Positions 1 to 10,360 of a stretch of 64,000 nt of DNA are shown here, in pieces. Origin of the DNA: an uncultured Clostridia bacterium (GTDB taxonomy: Bacteria; Bacillota; Clostridia; RUG12999); NCBI GenBank assembly GCA_934792465.1, contig CAKVOK010000002.1, positions 23,109-87,108 on the forward strand, read 5' to 3'. Under the pieces are notes generated by a model. The model made no database searches. It was given only the letters and a program-made list of their open reading frames with translations, and had not been told where the DNA came from. The first letter of the stretch is position 1. Each line of letters opens with the position of its first letter. Both the position numbers and the translations under genes were made by a program.

Positions 1-2
1 AA

Positions 3-377
3 ATGAAAACGGTGTGTGATATGTTTTCGGCAGTGGGAAGAACGATAGTTGTTCCGGAAGGAAAGATGCATGCGGTAACGGCTGTTTCGGGTTCCGGACC
101 GGCTTATATATACATGATTATGGAGGCTCTCGCAGACGGCGGAGTTTTGTGCGGACTTGCACGCAGTGAGGCATACACTTTGGCGGCACAGACTGTACTC
201 GGCAGTGCCGAAATGCTTCTTTCAACGGGAAAACATCCGGGCGAACTGAAAGATGCGGTATGCTCACCGGGAGGAACGACCATAGAAGCCGTTGCTTCTC
301 TGGAAAAGAGCGGACTGCGCAGCGCATTGATAGAAGCGGTTTTGAAATGTAAAGAAAAGTCGGAAAAACTTGTGTAA
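3..377 (+). CDS. proC: Pyrroline-5-carboxylate reductase, C-terminal part. The 5' end lies outside the window.
   Basis: The translation carries the ProC C-terminal dimerisation-domain motifs GSGPAY, HPGELKD.V.SPGGTTIEA and a C-terminal LEK..LR.A..EA stretch. The ORF runs in from the window edge. Confidence 0.85.
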   Translation: MKTVCDMFSAVGRTIVVPEGKMHAVTAVSGSGPAYIYMIMEALADGGVLCGLARSEAYTLAAQTVLGSAEMLLSTGKHPGELKDAVCSPGGTTIEAVASLEKSGLRSALIEAVLKCKEKSEKLV

Positions 378-437
378 TAAACTTGTCCCCGCATTAATAT
401 AATGTATTGCAAAGCATTATATCGGCAGGGGGGATAG

Positions 438-992
438 TTGTTGAACAGATTTAAAATATCCGTAATATTTGCGGCGCTTTTTGTTGCCGGAGTTTTTATG
501 GGCTCGATTGCGTCGGGTTTTCTTTCCGCCGAAAAGTGTTATGAAATGATAAGCCCTTTTGCGGTGCAGTGCAAAAAGCAGAGAGCGGACGTGTTCATAT
601 CTGCGTTTTTGTATTCCGTAAGACCGCTTATTTTTATGTGGATATTCGGATTTACCGGGATTTCGTTTTATTGCTGCGGTACAGCGCTTTTATACAGGGG
701 CAGCGTTCTCGGACTTGTCGCCGGCGGACTTATTCGCATTTACGGAGCGGCGAATGGCTGTATCCTTATATTATCCGGTATACTTCCGCATAATATAATT
801 TATATACCGCTGCTTATTTATGCGGCATCAGTTATTTTTATATACAGCAGAAACCGAAAATATATAAATTTGAAAAGTTTTTTGTTTTTTGCCTGTATTT
901 TGATTATCGGCAGTTTGATTACCTCGCTTTGCGACAGCGTTATTACTTATGATTTACTGAACAGGGGGATAAAAAGTGTTACTAATGGATGA
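438..992 (+). CDS. spoIIM: Stage II sporulation protein M (SpoIIM family integral membrane protein)
   Basis: It is a ~180-aa polytopic membrane protein. The LPHNIIYIPLLIYAASVIFIY segment matches the SpoIIM LPQNIFLIPAYLVTASISL motif. It sits next to xerD, as in the Bacillus ripX-fur-spoIIM neighbourhood. It has a TTG start with a stop codon immediately upstream. Confidence 0.6.
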   Translation: MLNRFKISVIFAALFVAGVFMGSIASGFLSAEKCYEMISPFAVQCKKQRADVFISAFLYSVRPLIFMWIFGFTGISFYCCGTALLYRGSVLGLVAGGLIRIYGAANGCILILSGILPHNIIYIPLLIYAASVIFIYSRNRKYINLKSFLFFACILIIGSLITSLCDSVITYDLLNRGIKSVTNG

Positions 993-1854
993 ATACGAGG
1001 TTTTTTTGCAGAAAAGTAAAAATCTTTCGCATAATACAATGCTTTCTTATATACGTGATATACATAAATATGCGTCATACCTCGAAAATGCTGAGCTTGA
1101 CTGCGTTATGGCATCGAAAGACGATATAGTCGACTATTTGGCACTGATGCAGAAAAACGGACAGGCAGCCTCGTCGGTACTTCGTATGATAGCCTCGCTT
1201 CGTTCATATTACGGTTTCATTTTGGAAAACGGTGCGGTTTCGGCAGACCCGACAATCGGACTTAAAGCTCCGAAGCTCCCCAAACGTGAATTTGAGATAT
1301 TAACGCCGCGTGAAACGGAAATGTTTTTGAGCCAGCCCGAATGTACCAATTTCAAAGGCTACCGGGACAAAGCGATGCTCGAACTCATTTATGCTACGGG
1401 TATAAAGGTGAGCGAATTGATAGCGCTTTCCATAGACGATTTGAATATTAAGGAAAGCTACATATTATGCGGCTCGGGAACGAAAAAACGCATTATTCCT
1501 TTCGGAGTAATTGCGAAAAATGCGCTCAAACAATATCTTGAAAATGCAAGATTTAAAAAGCAGTTTGACGAAGAAAACAATTATCTTTTTATAAATGTAA
1601 AAGGCGGAACGCTTTCCAGACAGGGATTTTGGAAAATAATTAAGTTCTATAAGGATAAAGCAAAGATAGACAAAGAGATTAATTCCAATACGCTCAGGCA
1701 TTCTTTTGCGGTGCATCTTATGGAAAACGGTGCGGATATTGCTTCCGTGCAGGAAATGCTCGGTCATACGGCGGTGACATCGACGAAAATTTATGCCGAA
1801 ACCGTTAACAGGCGTCTGCATGATGTGTATAAAAAAACGCATCCGCGCGCATAA
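976..1854 (+). CDS. xerD: Tyrosine site-specific recombinase XerD (XerC/XerD family)
   Basis: The N-terminal SAM-like domain ends ...NTMLSYIRDI... The C-terminal catalytic domain has R..LRHSFAVHLMENGADIASVQEMLGHT...T.IY (R-H-R-Y tyrosine recombinase signature). It is 292 aa long. Confidence 0.8.
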   Translation: MLLMDEYEVFLQKSKNLSHNTMLSYIRDIHKYASYLENAELDCVMASKDDIVDYLALMQKNGQAASSVLRMIASLRSYYGFILENGAVSADPTIGLKAPKLPKREFEILTPRETEMFLSQPECTNFKGYRDKAMLELIYATGIKVSELIALSIDDLNIKESYILCGSGTKKRIIPFGVIAKNALKQYLENARFKKQFDEENNYLFINVKGGTLSRQGFWKIIKFYKDKAKIDKEINSNTLRHSFAVHLMENGADIASVQEMLGHTAVTSTKIYAETVNRRLHDVYKKTHPRA

Positions 1855-1979
1855 TGTAATATAAATGTAAGTTTTTTAAATTTTTTTTAAAAAATACTTG
1901 AAATTGCTGTATTTTTATGTTATAATATAATAATGTAAATATATATTAACTTAAGAAAATATTCTCAGGAGGTTTTTTC

Positions 1980-2408
1980 ATGGAAATAGCAAAAATAATC
2001 GTGGGTATAATACATATACTCCTTTCAATTATTCTTATTGCTCTTATTCTTTTACAGTCGGGTAAAGAAGCCGGTTTGTCAGGTGCCGTTGCAGGTGCTG
2101 CGGATTCGTTCTTCGGCAAAAACAAGGGTAGGACAATGGATGCGATTTTCAGCAAATTTACGAAGATTTGTGCAATAGGATTTTTGATTACATCGCTCTT
2201 TTTGGCATACGGTGATTCGGTTATCAAGAATACTCCGGCAGCAGCTCCGCAGTCCACGGCAGCACCTCAGGTGACGGCAGCTCCGGGTGACGATGCACAG
2301 GCAGCAGACGAAACGGCTGCGCCCGAAGGAACAACTGCACCGGAAGAAACTGCAGAAGCAACACAGGCACCGAAAACAGCCGAAACTCCTTCTGCGGATG
2401 CAGAATAA
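1980..2408 (+). CDS. secG: Preprotein translocase subunit SecG with a C-terminal Ala/Pro/Thr/Glu-rich low-complexity tail
   Basis: The N-terminus has LLSIILIALILLQSGKEAGLSGAVAGAADSFFGKNKGRTMDAIFSKFT, the canonical SecG TM1-loop-TM2 signature. A strong RBS, GGAGG, sits upstream. Confidence 0.8.
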   Translation: MEIAKIIVGIIHILLSIILIALILLQSGKEAGLSGAVAGAADSFFGKNKGRTMDAIFSKFTKICAIGFLITSLFLAYGDSVIKNTPAAAPQSTAAPQVTAAPGDDAQAADETAAPEGTTAPEETAEATQAPKTAETPSADAE

Positions 2409-2509
2409 CGGATTTTAAATAAGCGTAAAATCATCGAATGTAATGTTCGGTGATTTTGTGTTTATTACATAATAAATTGTGCCGTGCTGCGGCAGAACGG
2501 AGAAGTCTT

Positions 2510-3130
2510 ATGAATATAAAAACGCTTGTATTGGGTCCCGTATCGACAAATTGCTATATATGCAGCGAAGGCAAATTCGGGTTTGTTGTGGACCCGGCTG
2601 CGAATGCCGAAAAAATATATGAAGAAGCCAAAAATTTGACTGTTAAATATATAATTGTGACTCATGCGCATTTTGACCATATAGAAGCTGCGGCAAAGCT
2701 GAAAGAGCTTACCGGGGCAAAGCTTGTTATAAGCGAAACGGACAGCAAAGCATTGAATGATTCGACGCTGAACCTTGCAGCGGCATTCGGCGCACTTGTT
2801 CCGCACGTTGAGGCTGATATAACCGTTAAAGACGGCGAAACACTTTCGGTTGACGGTTTCTCGATTAGGTTTATTATGACACCGGGACATACGCAGGGGT
2901 CGATGTGTATACTTGTTAATAATCAATATCTTTTTTCGGGAGATACGCTTTTTGCGCTCAGCGTAGGCAGAACGGATTTTCCGGGCGGAAGTTTCAAGGA
3001 TATTGTAAATTCGGTTAGAAAATTGTTTTTGCTTGATGACGGCATAAAGGTTTTTCCGGGACACAACGAAACCACGTCCATAGGCGAAGAAAAGAAATTC
3101 AATCCGTATGTGAATGGAGATAACACATGA
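2510..3130 (+). CDS. MBL-fold metallo-hydrolase (glyoxalase II / hydroxyacylglutathione hydrolase-like)
   Basis: It carries the HAHFDH metal-binding motif (THAHFDHIEAA) and a TPGHTQGS segment. I place the start at ATG 2510, after a GGAGAAG RBS; the upstream in-frame extension of the ORF-track call has no RBS. Confidence 0.8.
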   Translation: MNIKTLVLGPVSTNCYICSEGKFGFVVDPAANAEKIYEEAKNLTVKYIIVTHAHFDHIEAAAKLKELTGAKLVISETDSKALNDSTLNLAAAFGALVPHVEADITVKDGETLSVDGFSIRFIMTPGHTQGSMCILVNNQYLFSGDTLFALSVGRTDFPGGSFKDIVNSVRKLFLLDDGIKVFPGHNETTSIGEEKKFNPYVNGDNT

Positions 3131-4521
3131 ATGTTTATATAAAAGGTCATAAGCATACTACACCGATGCTCGAAATCGTCCATGCCATGACGGGAGAAAA
3201 AGCGTTGCTGACAGACGATATATCGGCGGCGGACGTTATAAGCATTGCGGACGAAAACACTGTGACGACTACGATTGTTGCGGACGGAACACCGCATACG
3301 CTTTCCATGGAGCTGAAAAAAAGCGATTTCAGAAACGAAGCGCAGAGCAATATGGATAATGTGAAAAGGTGCTATTATTTGCTTGCTTCAAAGCTGTATA
3401 ACAAAACTCTGCCGTGGGGACATATGACAGGCATACGCCCGGCCAAAATTGCACTTTCATATGAAAATAAGCATGATTATATGAATGACTTCTGCCTCTC
3501 GGAGGAAAAGGCTTCGCTGGCATTTGAGGTTGCGGAAAACAGCCTTAAAATCGAAAATAATATAAATAAAGACGATATAAGTATATACATAGGTATTCCG
3601 TTTTGCCCCACAAGATGTCTGTACTGCTCTTTTGTATCATTACCTATGGACAAGCAGAAAAAGTATGTAGAGCCTTATGTACGGTCGCTGTGCCGGGAAA
3701 TCGAATATACCGGAAAAATTCTTAAAGACAAGAGAATAAATACGGTGTATATCGGCGGAGGAACGCCGACTTCTCTTTCGGCGGAACAGCTTGATATGAT
3801 TTTAAAATCCGTAAATAATAATTTTGAGATAAAAGAGGAATTTACGGTCGAAGCCGGGCGTCCCGATACGATAACGAAAGAAAAGCTTGATGTGCTGAAA
3901 TCCGCCGGGGTTACGAGAATCAGTATAAATCCGCAGACGATGAACAATGAAATTCTTGAAAAAATAGGCAGAAAGCATACGGAAAAAATGTTTCTGGAAG
4001 CATATGAAACAGCTGTGACGGCAGGGTTTGACAATATAAATACAGATGTTATAGCAGGTCTGCCGGAGGAAACAAGCGATATGTTTTTATCGTCACTCGA
4101 AAAAATAGTGTCGCTGAATCCCGCTTCCGTAACGATTCACGCTATGTGCATAAAGCGCAGCTCGCAGCTGAAAACAAAGATAAACACGCTGAAAACATAT
4201 TCGCCTGAAATAATGGTAAATTCGGGATATAAGCTTCTGAAAGAACACGGCTTGCACCCGTATTATATGTATCGTCAGAAAGATACGCTTTCAAACCTTG
4301 AAAATACGGGATATGCGAAAAAAGGCTTTGAATGTATATACAATATCTTTATGATGGAGGATATAGGTACTGTTATAGGCATAGGCGCAGGGAGCGTTTC
4401 GAAGATTGTGAAAGAAAACAAAATCGAGCGTGTATTCAATTTGAAAGACGCATACGAATATGTTAAAAGCTTTGATAAAATAATACGGAGAAAAGACGAA
4501 ACAGAGGAACTTTTGAAGTGA
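3127..4521 (+). CDS. hemZ: Radical SAM coproporphyrinogen-III oxidase-like protein (HemZ / HemN-like family)
   Basis: It has the CxxxCxYC radical-SAM cluster motif (CPTRCLYCSF) within a ~460-aa HemN-like fold. An N-terminal extension is typical of clostridial HemZ. Confidence 0.7.
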   Translation: MNVYIKGHKHTTPMLEIVHAMTGEKALLTDDISAADVISIADENTVTTTIVADGTPHTLSMELKKSDFRNEAQSNMDNVKRCYYLLASKLYNKTLPWGHMTGIRPAKIALSYENKHDYMNDFCLSEEKASLAFEVAENSLKIENNINKDDISIYIGIPFCPTRCLYCSFVSLPMDKQKKYVEPYVRSLCREIEYTGKILKDKRINTVYIGGGTPTSLSAEQLDMILKSVNNNFEIKEEFTVEAGRPDTITKEKLDVLKSAGVTRISINPQTMNNEILEKIGRKHTEKMFLEAYETAVTAGFDNINTDVIAGLPEETSDMFLSSLEKIVSLNPASVTIHAMCIKRSSQLKTKINTLKTYSPEIMVNSGYKLLKEHGLHPYYMYRQKDTLSNLENTGYAKKGFECIYNIFMMEDIGTVIGIGAGSVSKIVKENKIERVFNLKDAYEYVKSFDKIIRRKDETEELLK

Positions 4522-4558
4522 TTTGTATGCCGCTTATACGGCAGAAAAGGAGACAGAA

Positions 4559-6304
4559 ATGGCATTTGACGGAATCGCCGTAAGATGTGCGGTACATGAA
4601 TTGAATAGACTGCTTTTGGGCGGCAGAATCGATAAGATATATATGCCGGATAAAGACGAAATAATTGTATGCTTTCGTTCTCTCGGGAAGAATCGCAAAT
4701 TGCTTTTAAGCTGCAATCCGTCCTTGCCGAGAGTGCATTTTATCAGTCAAAACCGGGAGAATCCGCTTTCTCCGCCGTCGTTTTGTATGCTGCTGAGAAA
4801 GCAGCTGTCCGGCGGCAAGCTGATTTCCGTGAGTCAACCGGATATGGAGCGTATCATAGAATTCGGGGTTGAGGCTAAAAATGAACTCGGCGATACGGTG
4901 GTACGCTATCTGATTATAGAAATCATGGGTCGTCACAGCAATATTATTTTGACAGATGAAAACATGCGGATAACGGAATGTATACGCCGTGTGGACGCAA
5001 GCGTAAGCCGCGCAAGGCTTGTGCTGCCAGGTATGGAATACGAATATCCGCCGCCGCAAAATAAGCTTTTGCCGGAAAATGTGACATACGAAGAGGTTAA
5101 AAGAATAATATTTGACTGCCCGAATGAAAAAAGATTGGATAAGCATATATTGGAGAATTTTGCGGGTTTTTCACCGATGCTTTCGAGAGAACCGGTGTTC
5201 AGAGCCTGCGGCGACGCTTCGCCGGTATATATGCAAATATCCGCAACACAGGCGGAGCGGACGGCAGAGGAGCTTTTCAGATTTCTTGAAGATTTGAAAG
5301 AACGCCGTTTTTCTCCGTGCATAGTGTATGACGATGGCAAACCGAAAGATTTTTCGGCATTTGAAATAACTATGTATGATAATCGCAAAGAGGTAGAATC
5401 GCTGACAGAAAGTCTCGATGGCTTTTATTATGAACGCGAGTTTCATACGAAGCTTCTGCGCAAGGGCTCCGATATGATTAAGACAGTGGCGAATCTCCTC
5501 GAAAGATACCGAAGAAAAGCGGTTTTGCAGCAGGATTCCATAGCAGAGAGCGAAAAGAAAGATGAGTACAAAGTATGCGGCGATGTTATAACCGCAAATA
5601 TATATAAGATTCATAAAGGGGACAAACGGCTGATTGCGGAGAATTTTTATGACGGAAGCGAGATTGATATTTCTCTTGACGCACAGCTGTCGCCGTCGGA
5701 AAATGCCCAGAGATATTATTCAATGTACAACAAACTGAAAAATACTGCGGAAAAGGCAAAGGTTCAGCTTGAACATTCGCTGAAAGACATTGAATATCTG
5801 GAAAGTATTCAGACGGCGATAGAAAATTCCGAGAACCTTTCGGACCTTTCCGAAATCAAACTGGAGTTGTATGACGAGGGATATATCAGACGGCCGAAAA
5901 GCTCGAAAAAAGAAAAGGAAAAACAAAGTATGCCGATGAGGTTTGTAAGCTCGGACGGATTTGATATATTTGTCGGCAAGAATAACAGGCAGAACGATTA
6001 TCTTACGCTGAAGCTTGCAAAAAAACAGGATATATGGTTTCATACAAAAACGATACCCGGTTCGCATACGGTTATTTCGGCAGGCAACGGCGAAGTTCCG
6101 GAGAGTACGCTGAGAGAAGCGGCAATGCTTGCGGCATACCATTCCAAGGCGAGAAATTCGCAGAATGTACCGGTTGATTATACCGTGATTAAAAATGTTA
6201 AAAAACCGTCCGGGGCAAAGCCGGGAATGGTTATATACGTGGATTATAATACAGTTTATGTTACACCGGACGAAGAAAAAATCCAAATGATGAAAAAGGG
6301 ATAG
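4559..6304 (+). CDS. rqcH: NFACT-family RNA-binding protein (fibronectin-binding protein A / ribosome quality control RqcH homolog)
   Basis: The N-terminal NFACT-N region begins MAFDGIAVRCAVHELN. Size and domain order (NFACT-N, coiled coil, NFACT-R with DIWFHTKTIPGSH) match FbpA/RqcH. ATG 4559 is preceded by an AAAGGAGA RBS. Confidence 0.8.
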   Translation: MAFDGIAVRCAVHELNRLLLGGRIDKIYMPDKDEIIVCFRSLGKNRKLLLSCNPSLPRVHFISQNRENPLSPPSFCMLLRKQLSGGKLISVSQPDMERIIEFGVEAKNELGDTVVRYLIIEIMGRHSNIILTDENMRITECIRRVDASVSRARLVLPGMEYEYPPPQNKLLPENVTYEEVKRIIFDCPNEKRLDKHILENFAGFSPMLSREPVFRACGDASPVYMQISATQAERTAEELFRFLEDLKERRFSPCIVYDDGKPKDFSAFEITMYDNRKEVESLTESLDGFYYEREFHTKLLRKGSDMIKTVANLLERYRRKAVLQQDSIAESEKKDEYKVCGDVITANIYKIHKGDKRLIAENFYDGSEIDISLDAQLSPSENAQRYYSMYNKLKNTAEKAKVQLEHSLKDIEYLESIQTAIENSENLSDLSEIKLELYDEGYIRRPKSSKKEKEKQSMPMRFVSSDGFDIFVGKNNRQNDYLTLKLAKKQDIWFHTKTIPGSHTVISAGNGEVPESTLREAAMLAAYHSKARNSQNVPVDYTVIKNVKKPSGAKPGMVIYVDYNTVYVTPDEEKIQMMKKG

Positions 6305-6341
6305 AAAAGGATAAACGGATATAGAAAGGCTGAAACAAAAC

Positions 6342-7364
6342 ATGAAGGTTGATATTTTCGATTATGAGCTTCCGCAGGAGCTGATTGCGCAGACTCCGGC
6401 GGAAAAAAGGGATTCTTCAAGGCTTCTTATGCTGAATAAGAGTACCGGAGAGATAGAACACGGTCATTTTACGGATATAAAATCAAAATTAAGACCCGGT
6501 GATTGTCTTGTACTGAACAATACAAGGGTTATTCCGGCACGTCTGATAGGTCAGCGCAGCAACGGCGGAGAAGCGGAGCTTCTTCTGCTCAGGCGTATCG
6601 ATACATATTCGTGGGAAACTATGGTGCGCCCGGGTAAGAAGCTGAGAACAGGCAAAGAAATTGTTTTCGGAGACGGCAAGCTGAAAGGAACGATTACGGA
6701 GGAACTGGAAAACGGAAACCGTGTAGTTCGGTTTGAATTTGACGGCATATTTGAAGAAGTTTTGAATGAACTCGGAGAGATGCCGCTGCCGCCGTATATA
6801 ACGGAGAAACTGGCAGATAAAGAACGCTATCAGACAGTGTATTCGAAGTATGAGGGCAGTGCGGCAGCTCCGACGGCAGGGCTGCATTTTACGAATGAGC
6901 TGCTCGGCGAGATAGCGCAGGAAGGTGTGAAAATCGTATATCTCACGCTTCATGTGGGAATAGGTACGTTCAGACCTGTTAAGGCCGATAATGTGGAAGA
7001 ACACAGTATGCACAGCGAGGTATATAATATACCGGAGGAAGCGGCGAAAATAATTAACGAAACGAAACAGGCGGGCGGCAGAATTATTGCCGTAGGAACA
7101 ACCTCCACGAGAACTCTTGAATCGGCGTCGGACGAAAACGGCGTGCTTCATTCGGGAAGCGGCAGCACGAATATTTTTATATATCCCGGATATAAATTTA
7201 AAATGACAGACGCACTTATAACGAATTTTCATCTGCCGAAGTCTACGCTTATAATGCTTGTCAGTGCGCTTGCGGGATATGAAAACACCATGAATGCGTA
7301 TAAAGTTGCGGTGCGTGAGAGATACCGCTTTTTCAGCTTCGGTGATGCGATGTTTATTTATTGA
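6342..7364 (+). CDS. queA: S-adenosylmethionine:tRNA ribosyltransferase-isomerase
   Basis: It matches QueA full length: [43 protein letters not shown]...[13 protein letters not shown], and a ~340-aa length. Confidence 0.9.
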   Translation: MKVDIFDYELPQELIAQTPAEKRDSSRLLMLNKSTGEIEHGHFTDIKSKLRPGDCLVLNNTRVIPARLIGQRSNGGEAELLLLRRIDTYSWETMVRPGKKLRTGKEIVFGDGKLKGTITEELENGNRVVRFEFDGIFEEVLNELGEMPLPPYITEKLADKERYQTVYSKYEGSAAAPTAGLHFTNELLGEIAQEGVKIVYLTLHVGIGTFRPVKADNVEEHSMHSEVYNIPEEAAKIINETKQAGGRIIAVGTTSTRTLESASDENGVLHSGSGSTNIFIYPGYKFKMTDALITNFHLPKSTLIMLVSALAGYENTMNAYKVAVRERYRFFSFGDAMFIY

Positions 7365-7466
7365 GGTTGCATAAAAAAGTTTTTTATTATGTTTTATGGA
7401 AGTGATGGAATTATTGCCTGCAAAAAAATACAGAAATGAATTTTTGAACAGGAAAGGTGAATAAAT

Positions 7467-7757
7467 ATGACGAATTTTAAAGATTTTTTAAATGAACAGC
7501 TTAAAGACGAAAACTTTAAAAAAGAATATGATGCACTGCGTCCGGAAATGGCAATAATTCAGGCTATGATTGATGCAAGAAAAGATTCAGGCATGACTCA
7601 AAAGGAGCTCTCGGAAAAAACGGGTATCAACCAGGCTGATATAAGTAAGCTTGAAAACGGAACGGCAAACCCTTCTTTGAGAACATTACAGCGTTTGGCT
7701 GATGGCATGGGAATGGTATTAAAGCTTGAGTTTGTACGACCGACAACAAGACAATAA
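7467..7757 (+). CDS. XRE-family helix-turn-helix protein, HigA/HicB-type antitoxin-like. It is an orphan with no toxin partner in the window.
   Basis: It is 96 aa with a C-terminal HTH (MTQKELSEKTGINQADISKLENG) typical of type II antitoxins. A strong RBS, AAAGGTGA, sits upstream. Confidence 0.55.
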   Translation: MTNFKDFLNEQLKDENFKKEYDALRPEMAIIQAMIDARKDSGMTQKELSEKTGINQADISKLENGTANPSLRTLQRLADGMGMVLKLEFVRPTTRQ

Positions 7758-7769
7758 ATATGTGAAAAA

Positions 7770-7812
7770 GAGGGTGTTGCAGAATGAAATTGTTTTGCAG
7801 CGCCCTCTTTTG
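7770..7812 (+). terminator. Rho-independent terminator. A 13-bp stem AGAGGGTGTTGCA / TGCAGCGCCCTCT with 2 G-U wobbles, followed by a T-tract.
   Basis: The hairpin plus TTTT is read directly from the sequence, immediately 3' of the 7467-7757 gene. Confidence 0.6.
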
Positions 7813-7863
7813 GGGCTTTAGAAAAATATTGCTTTATGCGGTCTGTGCATTTTTATAATGCCC
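7806..7863. repeat. Short copy of an interspersed MITE-like repeat (shared ends GGGGCTTTAGAAAAATA..TGC and TATGCGGTCTGTGCATTTTTATAATGCC)
   Basis: The element ends are shared with 15908-16176 and, inverted, with 33830-33912. This copy lacks the internal segment. Confidence 0.6.
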
Positions 7864-8086
7864 CTTTTACATATTTATACTTATTTAAACATTATAAATA
7901 AAAATGTGGAAAGCGTTATTAAATTTTTATGCAAGTTATGTCGTTTTTGCGCAAGTTATGACATTGCTATTGCATAAAATAAAAAAATCATGTAAAATTA
8001 TAATATGAAAATCTTTGAAAAATTACCCTGAGGTAAAAGATTTTAAAAATTATAAAAGCCGGCAGGGCGGCAGTAAGGAGATTTAT

Positions 8087-8629
8087 ATGGTAATTGCTTT
8101 GGTGATTGTACTGGTTGTTATTGTTTTGTGGTTTATTTCAACACAGCGTAAGCTGGTTGCAATGGACGAGAATATCAATAACGCAATGAGTCAGATAGGC
8201 GTTCAGCTTTCGTCGAGGTGGGACGCACTGACAGCCCTTTTGGATTTGACAAAGGGATATGCGGAGCATGAATACAAGACGCTTTCGGACACGATAAAAA
8301 TGCGCTCGTCCATAAGTGCCAAAAGTTCTGCCGCAGAAGTAAACGCACAGGAGAACCTGATAACGGAAGCTGTAAGCAGAATAATGGCTGTTGCCGAAAG
8401 CTATCCTGAGCTTAAGGCAAACGAGAATTATATCAAGACTATGGACAGCGTAAACGAATATGAGAAAATGGTTCGCCAGTCGAGACTGATATACAACGAC
8501 AGCGTTACAAAGCTGAACCGTGCGATTCGTATGTTTCCGACATCAATTGCGGCAGGTTTGATGCATATTACAAGCCGCGATTATCTGGAAGCGAACGAAA
8601 AGAAAGCCGATATGCCGAGCATGAAATAA
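8087..8629 (+). CDS. lemA: LemA family protein
   Basis: It has a single N-terminal TM helix followed by LemA motifs (QRKLVAMDENINNAMSQIGVQLSSRWDALTALLD...YPELKANENY...E...R..YNDSV). ATG 8087 is preceded by an AAGGAG RBS. Confidence 0.8.
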   Translation: MVIALVIVLVVIVLWFISTQRKLVAMDENINNAMSQIGVQLSSRWDALTALLDLTKGYAEHEYKTLSDTIKMRSSISAKSSAAEVNAQENLITEAVSRIMAVAESYPELKANENYIKTMDSVNEYEKMVRQSRLIYNDSVTKLNRAIRMFPTSIAAGLMHITSRDYLEANEKKADMPSMK

Positions 8630-8685
8630 AAAACCTTGGCAAAGTTTATTTGTGCCGTGAAAAGACGGCGGAAACGGAGATTCAT

Positions 8686-10335
8686 ATGAAGCTTATTAAA
8701 AAGCTGTTGATTGCGATTCCGGTTGCTGCTGCGTTGTTTTCTTATTCTGTTGCTGCAAAAAACAACGTTTCGGAAATTGCAATTGACGTAACCGTCAGAG
8801 ATGACGGCAGTGCCTATGTTGTTCAGAATTGGACAGGTGAATTCAACGAGGGAACGGAAAATTACATACCGATTAATACAAACGATATCGGAATATCGGA
8901 TTTTAAAGTGTCGGATGCCGGCGGAGAATATACCTTTGAGGACAACTGGGATATTGATGCCGACTTTGATTCAAAGAAGAGAAAGTGCGGAATCAATGAA
9001 ACCGATGATGGAATAGAGCTTTGCTTCGGAATATCGGAATACGGCGAGAACAGATATGCGATAGAATATGTTGTGTCGGATTTTATTAAATCGTATTCGG
9101 ACAGGGACGGAACGAACTTTATGTTTATAAATCCGAATATGTCAACTTTTCCGACGGACGGCAGGATTACGATTGTGCTGGAGAACGGAACGCCGCTGAA
9201 TCAGGATAATGCGGCGATATGGGCGTTTGGATTTGAGGGCGAAATAGAGTTTGCGGACGGAAAAATAAACGCATACACAACAAACCCTCTGGAGGGCGAT
9301 AATTCCATGATTGTCATGTTCGGCATGGACAAAGGGATAATCACGCCCGAAACAACGGTTGACGAGTCCTTTGAGGAAGTAAAAAATATTGCTTTTGAAG
9401 ACAGCGATTACGGGTATGAAGAAGCCGGCTTTTTGGAAGAGCTTATAGGCTATATTGTTTTGGCGGGATTTTTTGCCGCAATTTTTATGCTTGTAGCATA
9501 TTTTATAAAAAGAAAAAAAGAAATCAAAGCGTTTTACAAAGAAGCGGGATATTTTAGAGATGTGCCGAACGGCGGTGATATTGAGATTTCGCATTTTCTT
9601 GCACAGCAGTTTAATATAGCAGGAAACGAAAGCCTTATTATAGGAGCGTTAATGCTTTCCATGATTAATAAAGGATGTATTGAACCGCAGTCGGAAGAAA
9701 ATATCGGAGTGTTCGGAAAATCGAAAAAGTCGGTAAATATGAAGCTGATAAAAGAGCCTGATACAAGCGTTGAGAAAAGGCTGTATAAGGTGCTTAAGGC
9801 GGCTTCGGGCGATGACGGTATTTTGCAGGAAAAAGAGCTTGAAAAATATGCTTATAAACATCCGAAATCGGTGAACGGGCTTATAGATTCCGCCAAAAGC
9901 GACGGCGAAAGTGCTTTTGTTGCCGAGGGCGGATTTGTAAACGGATACGGAAACCGAATTAAAAATCTGACGGAAACGGGTAAAAAAGAGCTTGCCGAGG
10001 TTATCGGACTGAAAAAGTATCTTGAAGAATTTTCTCTGATAGCCGAAAGGGAGATAAACGAAATCTTGATATGGCAGGATTATATGGTGTATGCAACGCT
10101 GTTCGGAATTGCCGATAAGGTTATAAAACAGTTTGAAAAGGTTTATCCCGACAAGATACCCGAATTTGAAAATTATAACAGAAATGTGATTATTGCACAC
10201 AGCTATTATCACAGTATGCACAGGTCGGCGGAGAGAGCCGAACAGCAGGCGAGAACAAGCGGTTCGGGAGGCCGGTCGTCCGTAGGCGGCGGAGGCGGTT
10301 TCTCCGGCGGCGGAAGCGGAGGCGGTTCGAGATGA
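8686..10335 (+). CDS. DUF2207 domain-containing membrane protein (TPM/LemA-partner family) with a C-terminal glycine-rich tail
   Basis: It has a signal peptide, a long extracellular domain, a TM helix at about residue 270, and a C-terminal GSGGRSSVGGGGGFSGGGSGGGSR tail typical of DUF2207. It is conserved immediately downstream of lemA. Confidence 0.7.
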   Translation: MKLIKKLLIAIPVAAALFSYSVAAKNNVSEIAIDVTVRDDGSAYVVQNWTGEFNEGTENYIPINTNDIGISDFKVSDAGGEYTFEDNWDIDADFDSKKRKCGINETDDGIELCFGISEYGENRYAIEYVVSDFIKSYSDRDGTNFMFINPNMSTFPTDGRITIVLENGTPLNQDNAAIWAFGFEGEIEFADGKINAYTTNPLEGDNSMIVMFGMDKGIITPETTVDESFEEVKNIAFEDSDYGYEEAGFLEELIGYIVLAGFFAAIFMLVAYFIKRKKEIKAFYKEAGYFRDVPNGGDIEISHFLAQQFNIAGNESLIIGALMLSMINKGCIEPQSEENIGVFGKSKKSVNMKLIKEPDTSVEKRLYKVLKAASGDDGILQEKELEKYAYKHPKSVNGLIDSAKSDGESAFVAEGGFVNGYGNRIKNLTETGKKELAEVIGLKKYLEEFSLIAEREINEILIWQDYMVYATLFGIADKVIKQFEKVYPDKIPEFENYNRNVIIAHSYYHSMHRSAERAEQQARTSGSGGRSSVGGGGGFSGGGSGGGSR

Positions 10336-10360
10336 ACCGTAAATTTGTTGCGGAAAGCCG

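Noticed and set aside
7467-7757. Complete toxin-antitoxin module
   Set aside because: Only the HTH antitoxin-like gene is present. No toxin-sized ORF with an RBS lies on either side.
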